DNA of 64,000 nt from Eledone cirrhosa (GCA_964016885.1 OZ024753.1:8618001-8682000); one strand, 5' to 3'; positions 41,930-55,996 are shown, numbered from the stretch's first letter. The notes: generated by a model not told the origin, from the sequence alone. A program made the numbers and translations.

Positions 41930-42205
41930 TATGTGTAAAACTCTCAGAAAGTATAAGTATGTGTAAAACTCTCAGAAAGTATAAGTATGTGTAAAACTCT
42001 CAGAAAGTATAAGTATGTGTAAAACTCTCAGAAAGTATAAGTATGTGTAAAACTCTCAGAAAGTATAACTATGTGTAAAACTCTCGGAAAGTATAAGTAT
42101 GTGTAAAACTCTCGGAAAGTATAACTATGTGTAAAACTCTCAGAAAGTATAACTATGTGTAAAACTCTCAGAAAGTATAAGTATGTGTAAAACTCTCAGA
42201 AAGTG
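41930..42205. repeat. 28-bp minisatellite, about 10 units
   Basis: Unit tatgtgtaaaactctcagaaagtataag. Confidence 0.95.
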
Positions 42206-42605
42206 TTATATTCATTTTAGATAAGGATATTCCCTGCAGCTTTTCTCATTCTTCAGTTTTACAATGACCTTTTTATTCAATATTAGACAGGATATATGTG
42301 TCATTGATAGCATTTTTTTCACTCATTCATTTCTATTTTTAGTTTTATTTTTTCACTTTGTAAAATGGCTATCACTTTGGACAGGAAGTCTTATAGTTAA
42401 GTGATAACTTCTCTGATAAATTATATATATATATATATATATAGGTATACCTATGTATATGTATATATATATATATATATATAGGTATACATATGTATAT
42501 GTGTATATATATATATAGGTATACATATGTATATTTATATATATATATATATATATAGGTATACATATACATATGTATATATATATATATATAGGTATAC
42601 ATATG

Positions 42606-42639
<34 letters not shown>

Positions 42640-42807
42640 CAAATATGTGTATATAAATATCTATACAGATATACAGATATGTGTACATATATATACAAAT
42701 ATACAGATATGTGTATATATATATATGCGTATATATATATATATATATACATGTACATATGTTTATATACATATTTATGTATATATATATATACATATTT
42801 ATGTATA

Positions 42808-42839
<32 letters not shown>

Positions 42840-42853
42840 CACATACACAAACA

Positions 42854-42895
<42 letters not shown>

Positions 42896-43194
42896 AACAT
42901 ATTTATTTATAAATATATATATATAAACATATATAAACACAAACACCCTCATGTTTGTGTGTGTTACATATAACAGCTTGTCAAGTCTATTGACAGAAAG
43001 TTTGACACAACCTGAACTGATCACGTACCTATATCATAAATATCCGATTGTGCTGACTTCAAGTGGTTATTTTACCCTAAAAACTCATCACAAATTTCCA
43101 TGAATGAAATATAACTCAGAGATATTTCCATTTCAGTAAATGACTATTGGGTTATACATCAACTTGAAGAAACAAGTGTAAACAATTTGTTTTT

Positions 43195-43235
<41 letters not shown>

Positions 43236-43346
43236 CGTTATTCCGGGTTGAATCGGAGGTAACCACAGTAAGTAAGGTACTCAATACATAGCAGAGTATA
43301 ACAGTTTTAATATAGATGAGATTCTACAGGACTAGAACTGTTTCAC

Positions 43347-43394
<48 letters not shown>

Positions 43395-43483
43395 GTGGAG
43401 GCACATGGCTTAGTGGTTAGAGCATTGGCCTTGCAATCGAAAGGTTGTGAGTTCAATTCTCTACAGGACTAGAACTGTTTCAC

Positions 43484-43537
<54 letters not shown>

Positions 43538-43875
43538 GTGGAGGCACATGGCTTAGTGGTTAGAGCATTGGCCTTGCAATCGAAAGGTTGTGAGTTCAAT
43601 TCTCAGACCGGGTGATGTGTTGTTTCCTTGAGCAAGACACTTTATTTCACATTGCTCCAGTTTACTCAGCTGTAGAAATGAGATGATAGGAACTGGGGTC
43701 CCTATCATTCCACTGCAAAGTGGTCGTGGAGGTGCCACGGCAAAAAAGCACCCAGCACTCACTGTAAATGAGGTTGGTGTTAGGAAGGGCATGAAGAATC
43801 AGTTGCCATTCCACTCTTGCAAGCAGGGAAAAAGTGGATGTAAAATGAAATGATGATGAATGAAATGATGATGAT
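43538..43875 (+). mobile_element. tRNA-derived SINE family A with RTE-type tail (minus copies 29805-30078, 31172-31560, 38769-38953, 44670-45017, 50450-50789, 53941-54258, 58577-58840)
   Basis: A box TGGCTTAGTGG, B box GAGTTCAATTC, conserved body, (GAT)n tail. Confidence 0.85.
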
Positions 43876-44009
43876 ATATAAATACCTCACATAATATCTC
43901 TCATATATATAATTGGTGTTGGATGCTTAAAGCGTCCGTATGCGGTAGGCCGTTTGAGCACTTGATGCTCTCATAGAGCAGAGTATATATATATATATAT
44001 ATATATATA

Positions 44010-44312
44010 CATAAACAATATGCCCCCCCCCCCCCACCGCAAGGTGGTCGTGGAGGTGCCACGGCAAAAAAGCACCCAGCCCACACTGTAAAGTGGACGT
44101 GTAGGCGCCACGAAAAAGCACCCAGCACTCACTGTAAATGAGGTTGGTGTTAGGAAGGGCATCCAGCTGTAGAAATCAAGCCAGATCAGTTCCTGTATGA
44201 GCAAGGCATGGTCAGCCGACCAGACACTGCCCACAACAGGACAACCCGTATAACCCATGCTAGCGTGGAAGAACGGACGTAAAACGGTGATGATGATGAT
44301 GATGATGATGAT
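44010..44312 (+). mobile_element. 5'-truncated copy of the same RTE 3' UTR
   Basis: Near-identical to the reverse complement of 45568-45860; TA tracts on both sides. Confidence 0.85.
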
Positions 44313-45014
44313 ATATATATATATAAATTACCTTACATAATATCTCACATAACATTTACATCACTCTATATTTACTATTATATTTTCATGGCTTTATCTC
44401 ACATAATATTGAATCTGAGATTTTGTTATTATTTAATTTGTGAACAATACCTTATCATCAGTATGAGTGATTTACAGCAGGTTTGAAGAGGAAAAGGTGA
44501 GAGAATTCAAAAGACTTTAGAATTATATGGAAATTGAATCAATGATGCTTTTCTACCACGTTTCCATTTCTGTCCACAGATATATAATTACCATTATTCA
44601 AATTAACTTGGTTTATCTACACTCTATCTCTTTACAAAAATATATCTATATACAAAGTTACGTGATATATATCATCATTTCATCATCATTTCATTTTATG
44701 TCCGCTTTTTCCCTGCTTGCAAGGGTGGGACGGGAACTGATTCTGGCTTGATTTCTACAGCTGGATGCCCTTCCTAACACCAACCTCATTTACAGTGAGT
44801 GCTGAGTGCTTTTTTGCCGTGGCACCTCCACGACCACTTTTGCAGTGGAATGATATGGACCCCAGTCCCTATCATCTCATTTCTACAGCTGAGTAAACTG
44901 GAGCAATGTGAAATAAAGTGTCTTGCTCAAGGAAACAACACATCACCCGGTCTGAGAATTGAACTCACAACCTTTTGATTGCAAGGCTAATGCTCTAACC
45001 ACTAAGCCATGTGC

Positions 45015-45240
<226 letters not shown>

Positions 45241-45567
45241 GTATATATATATATGTATATATATGTATATATATATATGTATATATATATGTATATATGT
45301 ATATATATATATGTATATATATATATGTATATATATATATGTATATATATATATGTATATATATATATGTATATATGTATATATGTATATGTATATATGT
45401 ATATATGTATATGTATATATGTATATATATATATGTATATATGTATATGTATATATGTATATATATATATGTATATATGTATATGTATATATGTATATGT
45501 ATATATGTATATATATATATGTATATATGTATATGTATATATGTATATATATGTATATATGTATATA

Positions 45568-48500
45568 TCATCATAATCATCATCACCGTTTTACGTCCGT
45601 TCTTCCACGCTAGCATGGGTTAGACGGGTTGTCCTGTTGTGGGCAGTGTCTGGTCGGCTGACCATGCCTTGCTCATACAGGAACTGATCTGGCTTGATTT
45701 CTACAGCTGGATGCCCTTCCTAACACCAACCTCATTTACAGTGAGTGCTGGGTGCTTTTTCGTGGCGCCTACACGTCCACTTTACAGTGTGGGCTGGGTG
45801 CTTTTTTGCCGTGGCACCTCCACGACCACCTTGCGGTGGGGGGGGGGCATATTGTTTATATGCTTCAGCATGTACCCATGGGAGGTCGGGTACCCTGTAT
45901 TACTGCGTGACGCCAGAAGTCACGGTCGTGTGTCATTGACTTTGAGAGGTGTAGTTGGGTAAGGTCGGCTTTTATCACCTCATCCCAAGTCATCTTGGGT
46001 CTCCCCACTCCGCGGTTTCCATCAACTTCTAGTGCTCTGCACCTTTTTATGCAGCTGTCATCCTTCATACGCATCACATGTCCATACCAGCGTAACCGCC
46101 TCTCCTGCACGCAGCATTTGATTCCTCTTATGCTCAGTCTCTCTCTCAATTCATTTATGCTTTGTCGTTCACGTATATTACTGTTACACATCCATCGGAG
46201 CATGCAGGCTTCGTTTCTCTCTAATCTACGTAAGTCTTCCACCTTCAGCGCCCAGGTCTCACTACCATGCAACATCGCTGTTCGGATACACGCATCATAC
46301 AGTCTGCCTTTCATTCTGAGGGAGAAGCCTTTTGCAGCTAGCAGTGGTAGTAGTTCCCTAAACTTCTTCCATCCCGTTCTTACCCTAGTTATTGTACTTT
46401 CTGAGCACCCACCTCCGTTGCTAATTCGGTCACCTAGGTAGCAGAAGCTGTCTACTGTTTCTACAGGGCCCTCCCAGAGATTGGTGGTACTTGTTTCCTG
46501 TGGCTGTTTGCTTGCTGTTTCAGCACAGCTGCTGCATGTGAATCCTACATTCTTAATTAAGCTTCCTGAGATCCCGCTACATCTCTTGTGTACCCATTGT
46601 TTGCATTTGGGGCAAAGAATGGAGTTCCTACCTACACCTTTCCTACATACTGAGCAAGGCCATTTCCCTGAGGGGATCTGGGTTCTGTTTTCTCGTCTAC
46701 TTATAAGGACCTTAGTCTTTGTCATGTTGACTTTGAGGCCCTTTCTCTCTAGTCCCTGCTTCCAGGTTTGGAATTTATTCTCTAGTTCTACCATAGATTC
46801 AGCTATGAATGCGAGGTCATCAGCATACAGGAGTTCCCATGGGCATCCGGTCTTAAACTCCTCCGTTATTGCCTGCAGGACTATGATGAACAGGAGAGGG
46901 CTAAGAACAGAGCCCTGGTGGACCCCAACCTGTACGCTAAATTCCTCGCTATACTCATTGCCAATCCTAACTTTGCTGACTGCTCCCCTATACATGGCTT
47001 GTACCGCTTTCACAAGCCATTCATCTACTCCTAGTTTTCTAAGAGCCCACCAGATTACTGCACGTGGAACTCTGTCAAAGGCTTTCTCAAGGTCGACAAA
47101 TGCCAAGTAGAGTGGCTTACTTTTAGCTAGGTACTTTTCCTGTAATTGCCTCACAAGGAAGAGCGCATCAGTGGTGCCTTTCCCTGGAACAAACCCAAAT
47201 TGCATCTCGTCTATATTCACCCGGTCCCTAATCAGCTGTGCTATAACTCTTTCTGTTACTTTCATGACCTGGTCCATCAACTTTATACCTCTATAGTTTC
47301 CTCTATCTAGTGCATCGCCTTTACCTTTGTAGCAGTTGACAATGATGCTACTGCACCAATCTTTTGGTATGGCCCCCTCTAGTATTACCTGGTTAACGAT
47401 ACGTGTGGTTATAGTGTGACCTACAGACCCAGATGCCTTCAGCATCTCGGCAGCTATACCCGATGGACCGGTTGCCTTCCCTATCTTCATATCTCTGATT
47501 GCCTTACTTACTACGCTGCCGCTGACTTGTACTGCTGGTCCCTCTATAGGGTCTACGTGGGGTAGGGTCTCTTCTTCCCATGCATTCTCCTCATTTAGTA
47601 ATCTATCATAATGACTCTTCCATGCATCTTTCTTCTCAGCACTTGTGAGGGCAAGCTCACCTTTATCATTCCGGATACACTTCTCTCCAATGACATCACA
47701 ACTATCTCTGACACACTGCCTCGCAATCTTGAATACCTCCTGTTTCTGGTCCTCACGTTGTAAAACATGCTCGAATTTTCTATCCTCTGCTTCCCTCCTA
47801 GCTAAGTATACTTGTCGCCTAGCTTCCCTCTTGGTCTCTATGTAATGTACCCTGCTCCCCCCGTTCTTCCATTCTTTCCATGCCTGTCTCTTGGCCTTGA
47901 CTGCTTCATCTACCTTATTGTTCCACCACCAAGTCACTCTCCTCCTGCTTGAGGTCTTACTCCAGCCACAAACCTCATCCGTCGCCTCTAGTAAGTTATT
48001 TTTTAGGAACTCCCAGTTCTCTTCTACGTTAAATGTCTCTATCTGTTCTTCTTTACTGTCGTAGGCGTTGAGTAAAATATCTTTAAATCTGTTACTGGTT
48101 GAGGGGACTTTCAGCTTCCAGATCTTTCTTCTCCAGGTTGGCCTCTGTTTCAGGGCTCGTCTAGTTCTGACCGTGAGGTCGCTGACAACTAAGCTATGTT
48201 GGGATGTACATTCCTCACTAGGGAAGGCTTTTGTGTTTACGACCGTCCATCTGTCACGTCCTCTGATGAGGATAAAATCTAACTGACTAGAGTGCTCCCC
48301 TGATCTATAGGTGATCAGGTGGTTGTCGGGTTTTTTAAAGTTTGTGTTACATATCGACATGTCATTGGCGTCGCAGAATTCTAGAAGTCTGAATCCTTCC
48401 TCATTCCTTGTGCCAACTCCATGGCCTCCATGTACTCTATTGAAGCCGTCGCAGTGTTTACCTACGTGTCCGTTAAAATCTCCTGCAATGATTAGGAAGT

Positions 48501-49057
48501 CCTTGTCGTCTGTTAGAGCAGTAGTGTGTATTAGGGACTCGTAAAACCTATCCTTAAGTTCGTCTGGCAGCCCCGATTGGGGTGCGTAAGCTGATATTAT
48601 TGTGGTAATTGTCTTATTCAGGACTAGTCTGAGTTTAATGATTCTTGCATTTACCCTGTACACTGAGATTACTTTATCTACCCACTTGTCAGCTAATAGT
48701 ATACCTACACCACCCATCCCATCGTCATTTCCCACCCAGAAAAATTTGTAGCACTGGCTTTTTCCTACAAGGACTCTAGCAGACCCTCCTCTCCATCTAG
48801 TCTCTTGCACACAGCATACATCAACTTCCTTTCGCTCTAGCATTTCTACGATTTCTCCTGCTCTTCCTTTCATTGAGCCTACATTGATGGTACCAACTCG
48901 GAGTTTTGGGCATTTGTCGACACTCGTAGGGGAGGGTCTCTGGGTTGGCGCTTCACGTGGGTGCTTGGTAGCTCGCAGATTCATATTTCATCTATTGATT
49001 CAGAGTTGCTCGTGTATTCCCAGCTCATCCATCCCTAACGGTGGGAAAATTGAGGGC
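45568..49057 (-). mobile_element. Near full-length RTE LINE with SINE-like 3' UTR and (GAT)n tail, flanked by (TA)n on both sides
   Basis: About 70-nt leader, ORF, about 300-nt 3' UTR ending in a GAT repeat. TA tracts at about 45018-45567 and 49058-49435. Confidence 0.9.
45865..48984 (-). CDS. RTE-clade LINE ORF: AP endonuclease, reverse transcriptase and C-terminal Cys/His (PHD-like) finger
   Basis: Uninterrupted 1039 aa. APE motifs [28 protein letters not shown] motifs [37 protein letters not shown]-type [17 protein letters not shown] tail. Confidence 0.97.
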   Translation of the reverse strand: MNLRATKHPREAPTQRPSPTSVDKCPKLRVGTINVGSMKGRAGEIVEMLERKEVDVCCVQETRWRGGSARVLVGKSQCYKFFWVGNDDGMGGVGILLADKWVDKVISVYRVNARIIKLRLVLNKTITTIISAYAPQSGLPDELKDRFYESLIHTTALTDDKDFLIIAGDFNGHVGKHCDGFNRVHGGHGVGTRNEEGFRLLEFCDANDMSICNTNFKKPDNHLITYRSGEHSSQLDFILIRGRDRWTVVNTKAFPSEECTSQHSLVVSDLTVRTRRALKQRPTWRRKIWKLKVPSTSNRFKDILLNAYDSKEEQIETFNVEENWEFLKNNLLEATDEVCGWSKTSSRRRVTWWWNNKVDEAVKAKRQAWKEWKNGGSRVHYIETKREARRQVYLARREAEDRKFEHVLQREDQKQEVFKIARQCVRDSCDVIGEKCIRNDKGELALTSAEKKDAWKSHYDRLLNEENAWEEETLPHVDPIEGPAVQVSGSVVSKAIRDMKIGKATGPSGIAAEMLKASGSVGHTITTRIVNQVILEGAIPKDWCSSIIVNCYKGKGDALDRGNYRGIKLMDQVMKVTERVIAQLIRDRVNIDEMQFGFVPGKGTTDALFLVRQLQEKYLAKSKPLYLAFVDLEKAFDRVPRAVIWWALRKLGVDEWLVKAVQAMYRGAVSKVRIGNEYSEEFSVQVGVHQGSVLSPLLFIIVLQAITEEFKTGCPWELLYADDLAFIAESMVELENKFQTWKQGLERKGLKVNMTKTKVLISRRENRTQIPSGKWPCSVCRKGVGRNSILCPKCKQWVHKRCSGISGSLIKNVGFTCSSCAETASKQPQETSTTNLWEGPVETVDSFCYLGDRISNGGGCSESTITRVRTGWKKFRELLPLLAAKGFSLRMKGRLYDACIRTAMLHGSETWALKVEDLRRLERNEACMLRWMCNSNIRERQSINELRERLSIRGIKCCVQERRLRWYGHVMRMKDDSCIKRCRALEVDGNRGVGRPKMTWDEVIKADLTQLHLSKSMTHDRDFWRHAVIQGTRPPMGTC

Positions 49058-49064
49058 TATATAT

Positions 49065-49158
<94 letters not shown>

Positions 49159-49169
49159 GTATATATATG

Positions 49170-49437
<268 letters not shown>

Positions 49438-49844
49438 ATGGTTAGTTACATATTGAAAAATATTATATTTTCCTGTTACAATGAGCTATCAATATATTTT
49501 AATAAAACAGTCAAAATATACCACAACTAAATATATATTACATGAGCTAATACTTTGAATAAAATGTATGTAAGTTGCTTGTTTTCATTTATTGATAGGA
49601 AAACAGATTCTGTATTTAATAACTCAAGTCTGAAGAGATTTTGTAATCTTTCAGACTATTTTTTTCCCTAGCAATGTAATTTTTAACTATTTCTGCATTG
49701 TAGATAGCTAGTGAATACCTGAAAGGCTAGATCTGCAAAACAAGCAATATTTTTAGTGAAGCTGTTTCATCATACTTATACGATGTATCTGTAGTTTGTA
49801 TTTATAATAAAAAGTCTGTAGAGACTGTCTATCCATCCATATCC

Positions 49845-50220
49845 AGTTTGGGTCTTTAGGGTGCTGCTGTTGTCCCAAACTCCGAGGTAGACAACTCCAG
49901 GCAATGTCTCACAGCCGCTCTCCATGAATTTCTGTCCATAGTATCAACATCATCCAAGTTTCATTTATACAAATCACTCTTCACGCTCTCCAACCACATC
50001 TTCCTTGGTCTGCCGTGATCTCTAGTGCAAGGGATTGCCAAGTGAGTGATGGAGTTGATGTATGACGTGGCTCGCTGTACATGTCCATACCAACGGAGAT
50101 GTTGTGTGCAAAGGACAGCAGTGATCTCATCCACACCCAGCTTCTGGTGGAGCATGGTTGAAGGGATCTCATCTTTCAATTTGGCACCACAAATCCATAC
50201 AAAAAGAAAGGTGTCAGTAC
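49845..50220 (-). mobile_element. RTE 3' fragment, different subfamily
   Basis: HLRWYGHVQR..GRPRKMW. Confidence 0.75.
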
Positions 50221-50341
50221 TGAGGTGACTCAGTAGCCCATTAATCCATGCTGACCCTTTCATTGCCATATCTCTAATGAAATTAGAGATATGGTAAAGC
50301 AAGGGCTAACAGAATTGGAGGGATTTACTAAAATTACTAAT

Positions 50342-50907
50342 TGCCATATATACGCGAATATAAGCTGAGGAATATATGAGGGGGGGCTTATATGTATGCC
50401 AGTATGCCATCTAAAGGGGCTTATATATATGCCATCTAAAGGGGCTTATATCATCATCATCATCATTTTACGTCCGCTTTTCCCTGCTTGCAAGGGTGGG
50501 ACGGGAACTGATTCTGGCTTGATTTCTACAGCTGGATGCCCTTCCTAACACCAACCTCATTTACAGTGAGTGCTGGGTGCTTTTTTGCCGTGGCACCTCC
50601 ACGGCCACTTTGCAGTGGAATGATAGGGACCCCAGTCCCTATCATTTCATTTCTACAGCTGAGTAAACTGGAGCAATGTGAGATAAAGTGTCTTGTTCAA
50701 GGAAACAACACATCACCCGGTCTGAGAATTGAACTCACAACCTTTCGATTGCAAGGCCAATGCTCTAACCACTAAGCCATGTGCCTCCTTATATACGCTA
50801 TCTTAATGTGTTGACTAACTGCCTTGGTTTATAAATGGGGTTTAGATTTTTGCCCATTTCTCAGACATAAAACAGAAAAGTTGACTTATATTCCAGTATA
50901 TACAGTA
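50342..50907. mobile_element. Tc1/pogo-like MITE interrupted by SINE A (related copy at about 5256-5450)
   Basis: TIRs ccatatatacgcgaatataag / cttatattccagtatatacag. Confidence 0.6.
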
Positions 50908-52002
50908 TGTCAGTATTAAATTGGTATTTGTAACATAATTCAACAGAAGTTTCTTACATCAAATTATGTTAGAAGATTTCAATTTAAATGGGTTAAATAG
51001 CCTCACCAACCCACAATTGGCCAAGTGTAGTAACTACAGCTACACCCCTCATATGACCATCTACCCCAACAATGGGTTATATAGCCTAACCAACCCACAA
51101 TCATCCAAGTGTGGTCAGTACAGCTACACCCCTGACATGACCAAAACCTAACAGAAAATGTTGGAGGTCAACCACGGAGGGGTTCCTCCAACATGAGTGA
51201 GCAGGCTCTGGATTGGGTATAGTATAGCTCTATTACTGAATAGTATAAGTGCAGTATGATATACAGTTCCTGTAGTGTCTATTATATAATATTGCTATTG
51301 TATATCACTGCAGTGTTTTTAACTAGCCACTGTCTCAACAGGAAAGAGGTTACCTCTTCAGAATTTATATCACTATAATTTAGAAATTCTTAACGATGAT
51401 AATTAAATGAAAATATCAAACTGAGTGAAGACATGCCAGAATCAATCATTTTCATTAATACATTTTAACATTTTTATTTTTTAACAATTTAAATGAATTA
51501 AAGAAAATTCTTTAAAAATCTGAATATAATTAATAAAAGATTTTTTTTTTTCCATGAATTAATTTTAACTTGAAATGTCAAAATTGATATGAATAATTCT
51601 AAGTAAAATGCAGATAAATATGCATTATAGCTTCATACCCTAGGTTTGAGTGTTAGATGAATAATAACAAGCTTCAAACATCATTGTCCATGTGATTTCT
51701 ACTTTATTTTCCTGGGTTTCTTGAGTGAGGTGAATAAGATTCTGTTTTTTAATTTTTTTTTTAACAAATATTTGTGATATGTTCAACATACTCAAACGAA
51801 TCTCTCACAACTTAGAATCAAAACAGGGAATGGATCGATTGACAAGTCTAGCTAAGTCCATAGTGTCCGTGGTCCAATGTCTTAACCCTTTAGCATTTAA
51901 ACCAGCCATATCCATCTCACTTCTTTCTGTTCAAACCAGCTGTAACCAGGTATTGTTCTCAAAATAAATAATATCAAAATCTCATAGATTCGATATTATC
52001 CA

Positions 52003-52280
52003 AACACAGAGGAGCCAAACTCCCACTGCCATCGCCTCCATCTCTCTCGCCCTCCCTATCACAGGTCTGAACACAGAGGAGCCAAACTCCCACTGCCGTC
52101 GCTTCCATCTCTCTCGCCCTCCCCATCACATGTACACCAGGTCTGAACACAGAGGAGCTAAACTCCCACTGTCATCACTTCCATCTCTCTCGCCCTCCCC
52201 ATCACATGTACACCAGATCTGAACACAGAGGAGCCAAACTCCCACTGTCATCGCTTCCATCTCTCCCGCCCTTCCCATCT
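52003..52280. repeat. 67-76-bp tandem repeat x4
   Basis: aacacagaggagccaaactcccactg starts at 52003, 52070, 52146 and 52222. Confidence 0.9.
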
Positions 52281-52455
52281 CTCACTATTATGAGCAAATG
52301 GGGGTCCCAAAGTGACATCTTACTGCCTTGTGTCAAACTCTAGTCCAATGTCTTAATACTGAAACATCATATTTATGTCTTCTGTCATACAAATTGAACA
52401 CCAGTTTATGAATCAGTCAATAGTTTTCAGAAAACCATAATCTTTTTGTGAGGTT

Positions 52456-53008
52456 TCATGACCATCATCATAATCATCAACTTCGTCATCAACATTATCA
52501 TCATCACCATCATCGTCATGACCATCATAATCATTATCTTCATCGTCAACATTCTCACCATCATGATTATCTCCATTACTATAACCATCACCATCATCAT
52601 CATCATAACCATCACCATCATTATTATCACCATCATCATCATCACCATCATTATCACCATCATCATCATCACCATCATTATTATCATCACCATCATCACC
52701 ATCATCATCACCACCACCATCATCATCACCACCATCATCACCATCATCACCATCATCATCACCACCACCATCATCACCACCATCATCACCATCACCATCA
52801 TCACCACCATCATCACCATCATCATCATCACCATCACCATCATCATCACCATCATCATCATCATCATCATCACCATCATTATTATTACCATCATGACTAT
52901 CACTATCGTCACCATCATCACTATCATCATCATCGCCACCATCACCGCCACCACCACCGCCATCATCACCATCACCATCATCATCATCATCATCATCATT
53001 ACCACCAT
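52456..53008. repeat. (CAT/CAC)n trinucleotide tract
   Basis: Direct inspection. Confidence 0.95.
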
Positions 53009-54547
53009 TTTACATATATTTTCGTCAAGCTTGAATGGGTTAGATGGGTTGTCACGTTCTACGGCTAGACAGACAGACAGACCAGACGACTCTGTCTTGC
53101 TCACACATTCCATTTTACTGAATTGGCAGTATCGGTAGAGGGTTGGATTATGCTTTCCAGCATAGTTACGTCCCTTTACGATCTGAGTTCAATTCCCGCC
53201 GAGGTTAACTTTGCCTTTCATCCTTACGGGGTCGATAAAATAAAGTACCAGTAATGTACTGGGATAATTGCTGGCCTTGTGCCAAAAAGCAGAAACAATA
53301 AAAACTGTAGCAACTCCTCGCCGAAATGAGTAACATAAAATAAAATGTCATGCTCAGGAACATAATGCATTGCGTGATCTGGGAATCAAACTCATAAATT
53401 CACGATTGTGAATCTAATTCTCTAACCACTAAGCCACATATCTTCATTAGAAAGAAAGAAAGAAACGATCGACTTTCGTCAAATCGGACCGAGGGAACAA
53501 TGTTTCCGTTGGTCTTTCCAATTGCTAATACTATCTATCGGTCGCAACTCCAGGTAGAAGGAGCAACGTGAAATAAAGTGTCTTGCTCAAGGACATAACG
53601 CATCGCCTGGTCCAGGAATCGAACTCACAACCTTACGATTGCGAATCCAATTCTCTAACCACTCAGCCACACGCCTTTACTTATATCTTCATTAGCTAAA
53701 TAATAAGGTAATGTAGAATAAAACTCTCTGCTTAAAAATATATGAAAATGCCTGTAGCACATTTAACATTTATGAGCAGATAATCACCTTATCTACTCAA
53801 CAAACACATTTTTTTTACCTTTGACTAGGCTAAGTATTACTGGCTCTCCACACTAACTCCGTAACTCACAATCCATTTAAAAGAAAGCCAGCAATGATCT
53901 GATTTAGAGAATTTGTTGTTACTTAGCAACTGTTTTATTTATCATTTCATTTTACGTCCGCTTTTTCCCTGCTTGCAAGGATGAGACGGGAACTGATTCT
54001 GGCTTGATTTCTACAGCTGGATGCCCTTCCTAACACCAACCTCATTTACAGTGAGTGCTGGGTGCTTTTTTGCCGTGGCACCTCCACGACCACTTTGATA
54101 GGGACCCCAGTCCCTATCATCTCATTTCTACAGCTGAGTAAACTGGAGCAATGTGAAATAAAGTGTCTTGCTCAAGGAAACAACACATCACCCGGTCTGA
54201 GAATTGAACTCACAACCTTTCGATTGCAAGGCCAATGCTCTAACCACTAAGCCATGTGGTACTATATAGATATTTATGCTTTACTATATAGATATTTAGT
54301 GTAACTGTCAAATCTCCTTCGGTATCCCAGTTTTCAAATAAAGACAACATAAGTTTGTTAGGAATTTCTACACAGGAACCATACCTGTTTAACCTTTTAG
54401 CATTTACATTACTCTCTCTCTCTCTCAACGGCTTGAGCTCTGTCGATGGGGTTAAACATTTTTCTATTACCCACTCTAGTACCCTAAGTATTGAGTACTC
54501 TGGTGCGTTATGGTCCTTCTGGTTCCTTACCACACCTTCGATATATG

Positions 54548-54594
<47 letters not shown>

Positions 54595-55178
54595 TAAAAT
54601 AACAGATTAAAGTTTAAGCAAGGAATCGCTGCTTTCACCCTTAACGGGATCTTCTGAAACTAAAAAAATCAATCTGTGAACGCAGAAGTAAATATATATA
54701 TACTATTGTATTTTTGTGGGTAAACGCTTTATCTTACATAATTATATCACATAATATCAAATCTATGAGAATTTGATGTTATTTATTCTGAGAACAACAC
54801 CTTAACATCAGTATGAGGGACCAGTTACTGTTGGTTTGAACAGTAAGAGGTGAGAGAATTCTGGCCAGATATGGCCGGTTTAAAGCTAAAGGGTTAATAT
54901 AGGCACCAAATCTTTCTCAGTGAATTCATATCTTTATAATAAGAGCCTCATGAACACGTTTCTAGCTTGGCACAAGGCCAACAATTTTGGGGGCAACAGA
55001 AAGTCAATTAAATCAAGACCAGTATGTTACTGGTACTTTATTTTATCAACCCTGCAAGAATGAAAAGCAAAGCTAACCTCAGAGGAATTTGAACTCTGAA
55101 TGTAGAAAATCATAACAAGTACTGCAAAGCATGTTGTCCGACACTCTGCCGATACTGCCAATCCACCGATACTTATTA

Positions 55179-55414
55179 GAGGAATAAGACATGCACAGGC
55201 TCACCCCTTATCTCCCTTTGTTGTGGAACTCTTCTTTGCTAGACGTCAAAGCTCTTTCGTCACTTTGCAAATGGCTTCCTCATGGACACAGACATGCTGA
55301 GAACTTCTTTTAAGTCTTGAGAAAAGCAAAGAGTGTTTGAGACTCATTTATGACAAAAGAAGAGCTCCAAAACCAAGGGAGATAAGGGGCGAGCCTGTAC
55401 GAGTCTTATTCCTC
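55179..55414. mobile_element. Mutator-like MITE
   Basis: Long TIRs GAGGAATAAGAC../..GTCTTATTCCTC; 9-bp TSD tacttatta/tacttataa. Confidence 0.7.
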
Positions 55415-55779
55415 TACTTATAATAAACGAAATAATTAGTTATCTTAGTAAATCCTTCCAAATTGTTCATTTATTCATACAAACACAGTGTTCTTCATTC
55501 TAAATATGGTAATGAAAGGGTTAGAATGGTGTATTTTTATTACTTACCTATATAGACATTTGCAGAAGCGGAGCTATAAAATATAGCTCAATGGTACAAA
55601 CAACTGCTGCTACACATATTGGTGCAGGGGGAGGAGGTGTCTTTCCTCCTCCCCCTCCTCTTCAGTATCTAACATCTCAAACTACTCAACTAAGAAACAA
55701 TATTGCTACTATACTACTACTAACTACTACTACTATTACCACAACTACCACCACTGCCACTACTACTACCACCACCACC

Positions 55780-55814
<35 letters not shown>

Positions 55815-55960
55815 CACTACTACCACTACTACTATTACTACTACTACTACTACTACTACTACAACCACCACCACCACCACCACCACCACCACCACCACTA
55901 CTACTACTACTACTTATATTAATATTTTTTTTTTGTTTGTTTCCCCTTTTGTCTCTGTAG

Positions 55961-55996
55961 GTGGCACAGTAACATCAGCAGGAAATGTGAAAAGAG
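55961..55996 (+). CDS. 36-nt phase 1-1 microexon (G)GTVTSAGNVKR(G), likely the post-Ig linker of the IgSF gene
   Basis: Long polypyrimidine tract plus tgtag acceptor, AG|gtaagt donor, length divisible by 3, same phase as the Ig exons. Confidence 0.6.

Noticed and set aside
43538-43615. tRNA genes at SINE heads
   Set aside because: A/B boxes are present but continue into SINE bodies in many diverged copies; no convincing cloverleaf.
45995-48544. Plus-strand ORFs overlapping the RTE
   Set aside because: Antisense shadows of the long RTE ORF.
52427-53138. Poly-His, poly-Met/Val and Ile/Thr ORFs
   Set aside because: A (CAT/CAC)n tract is open in several frames by construction.
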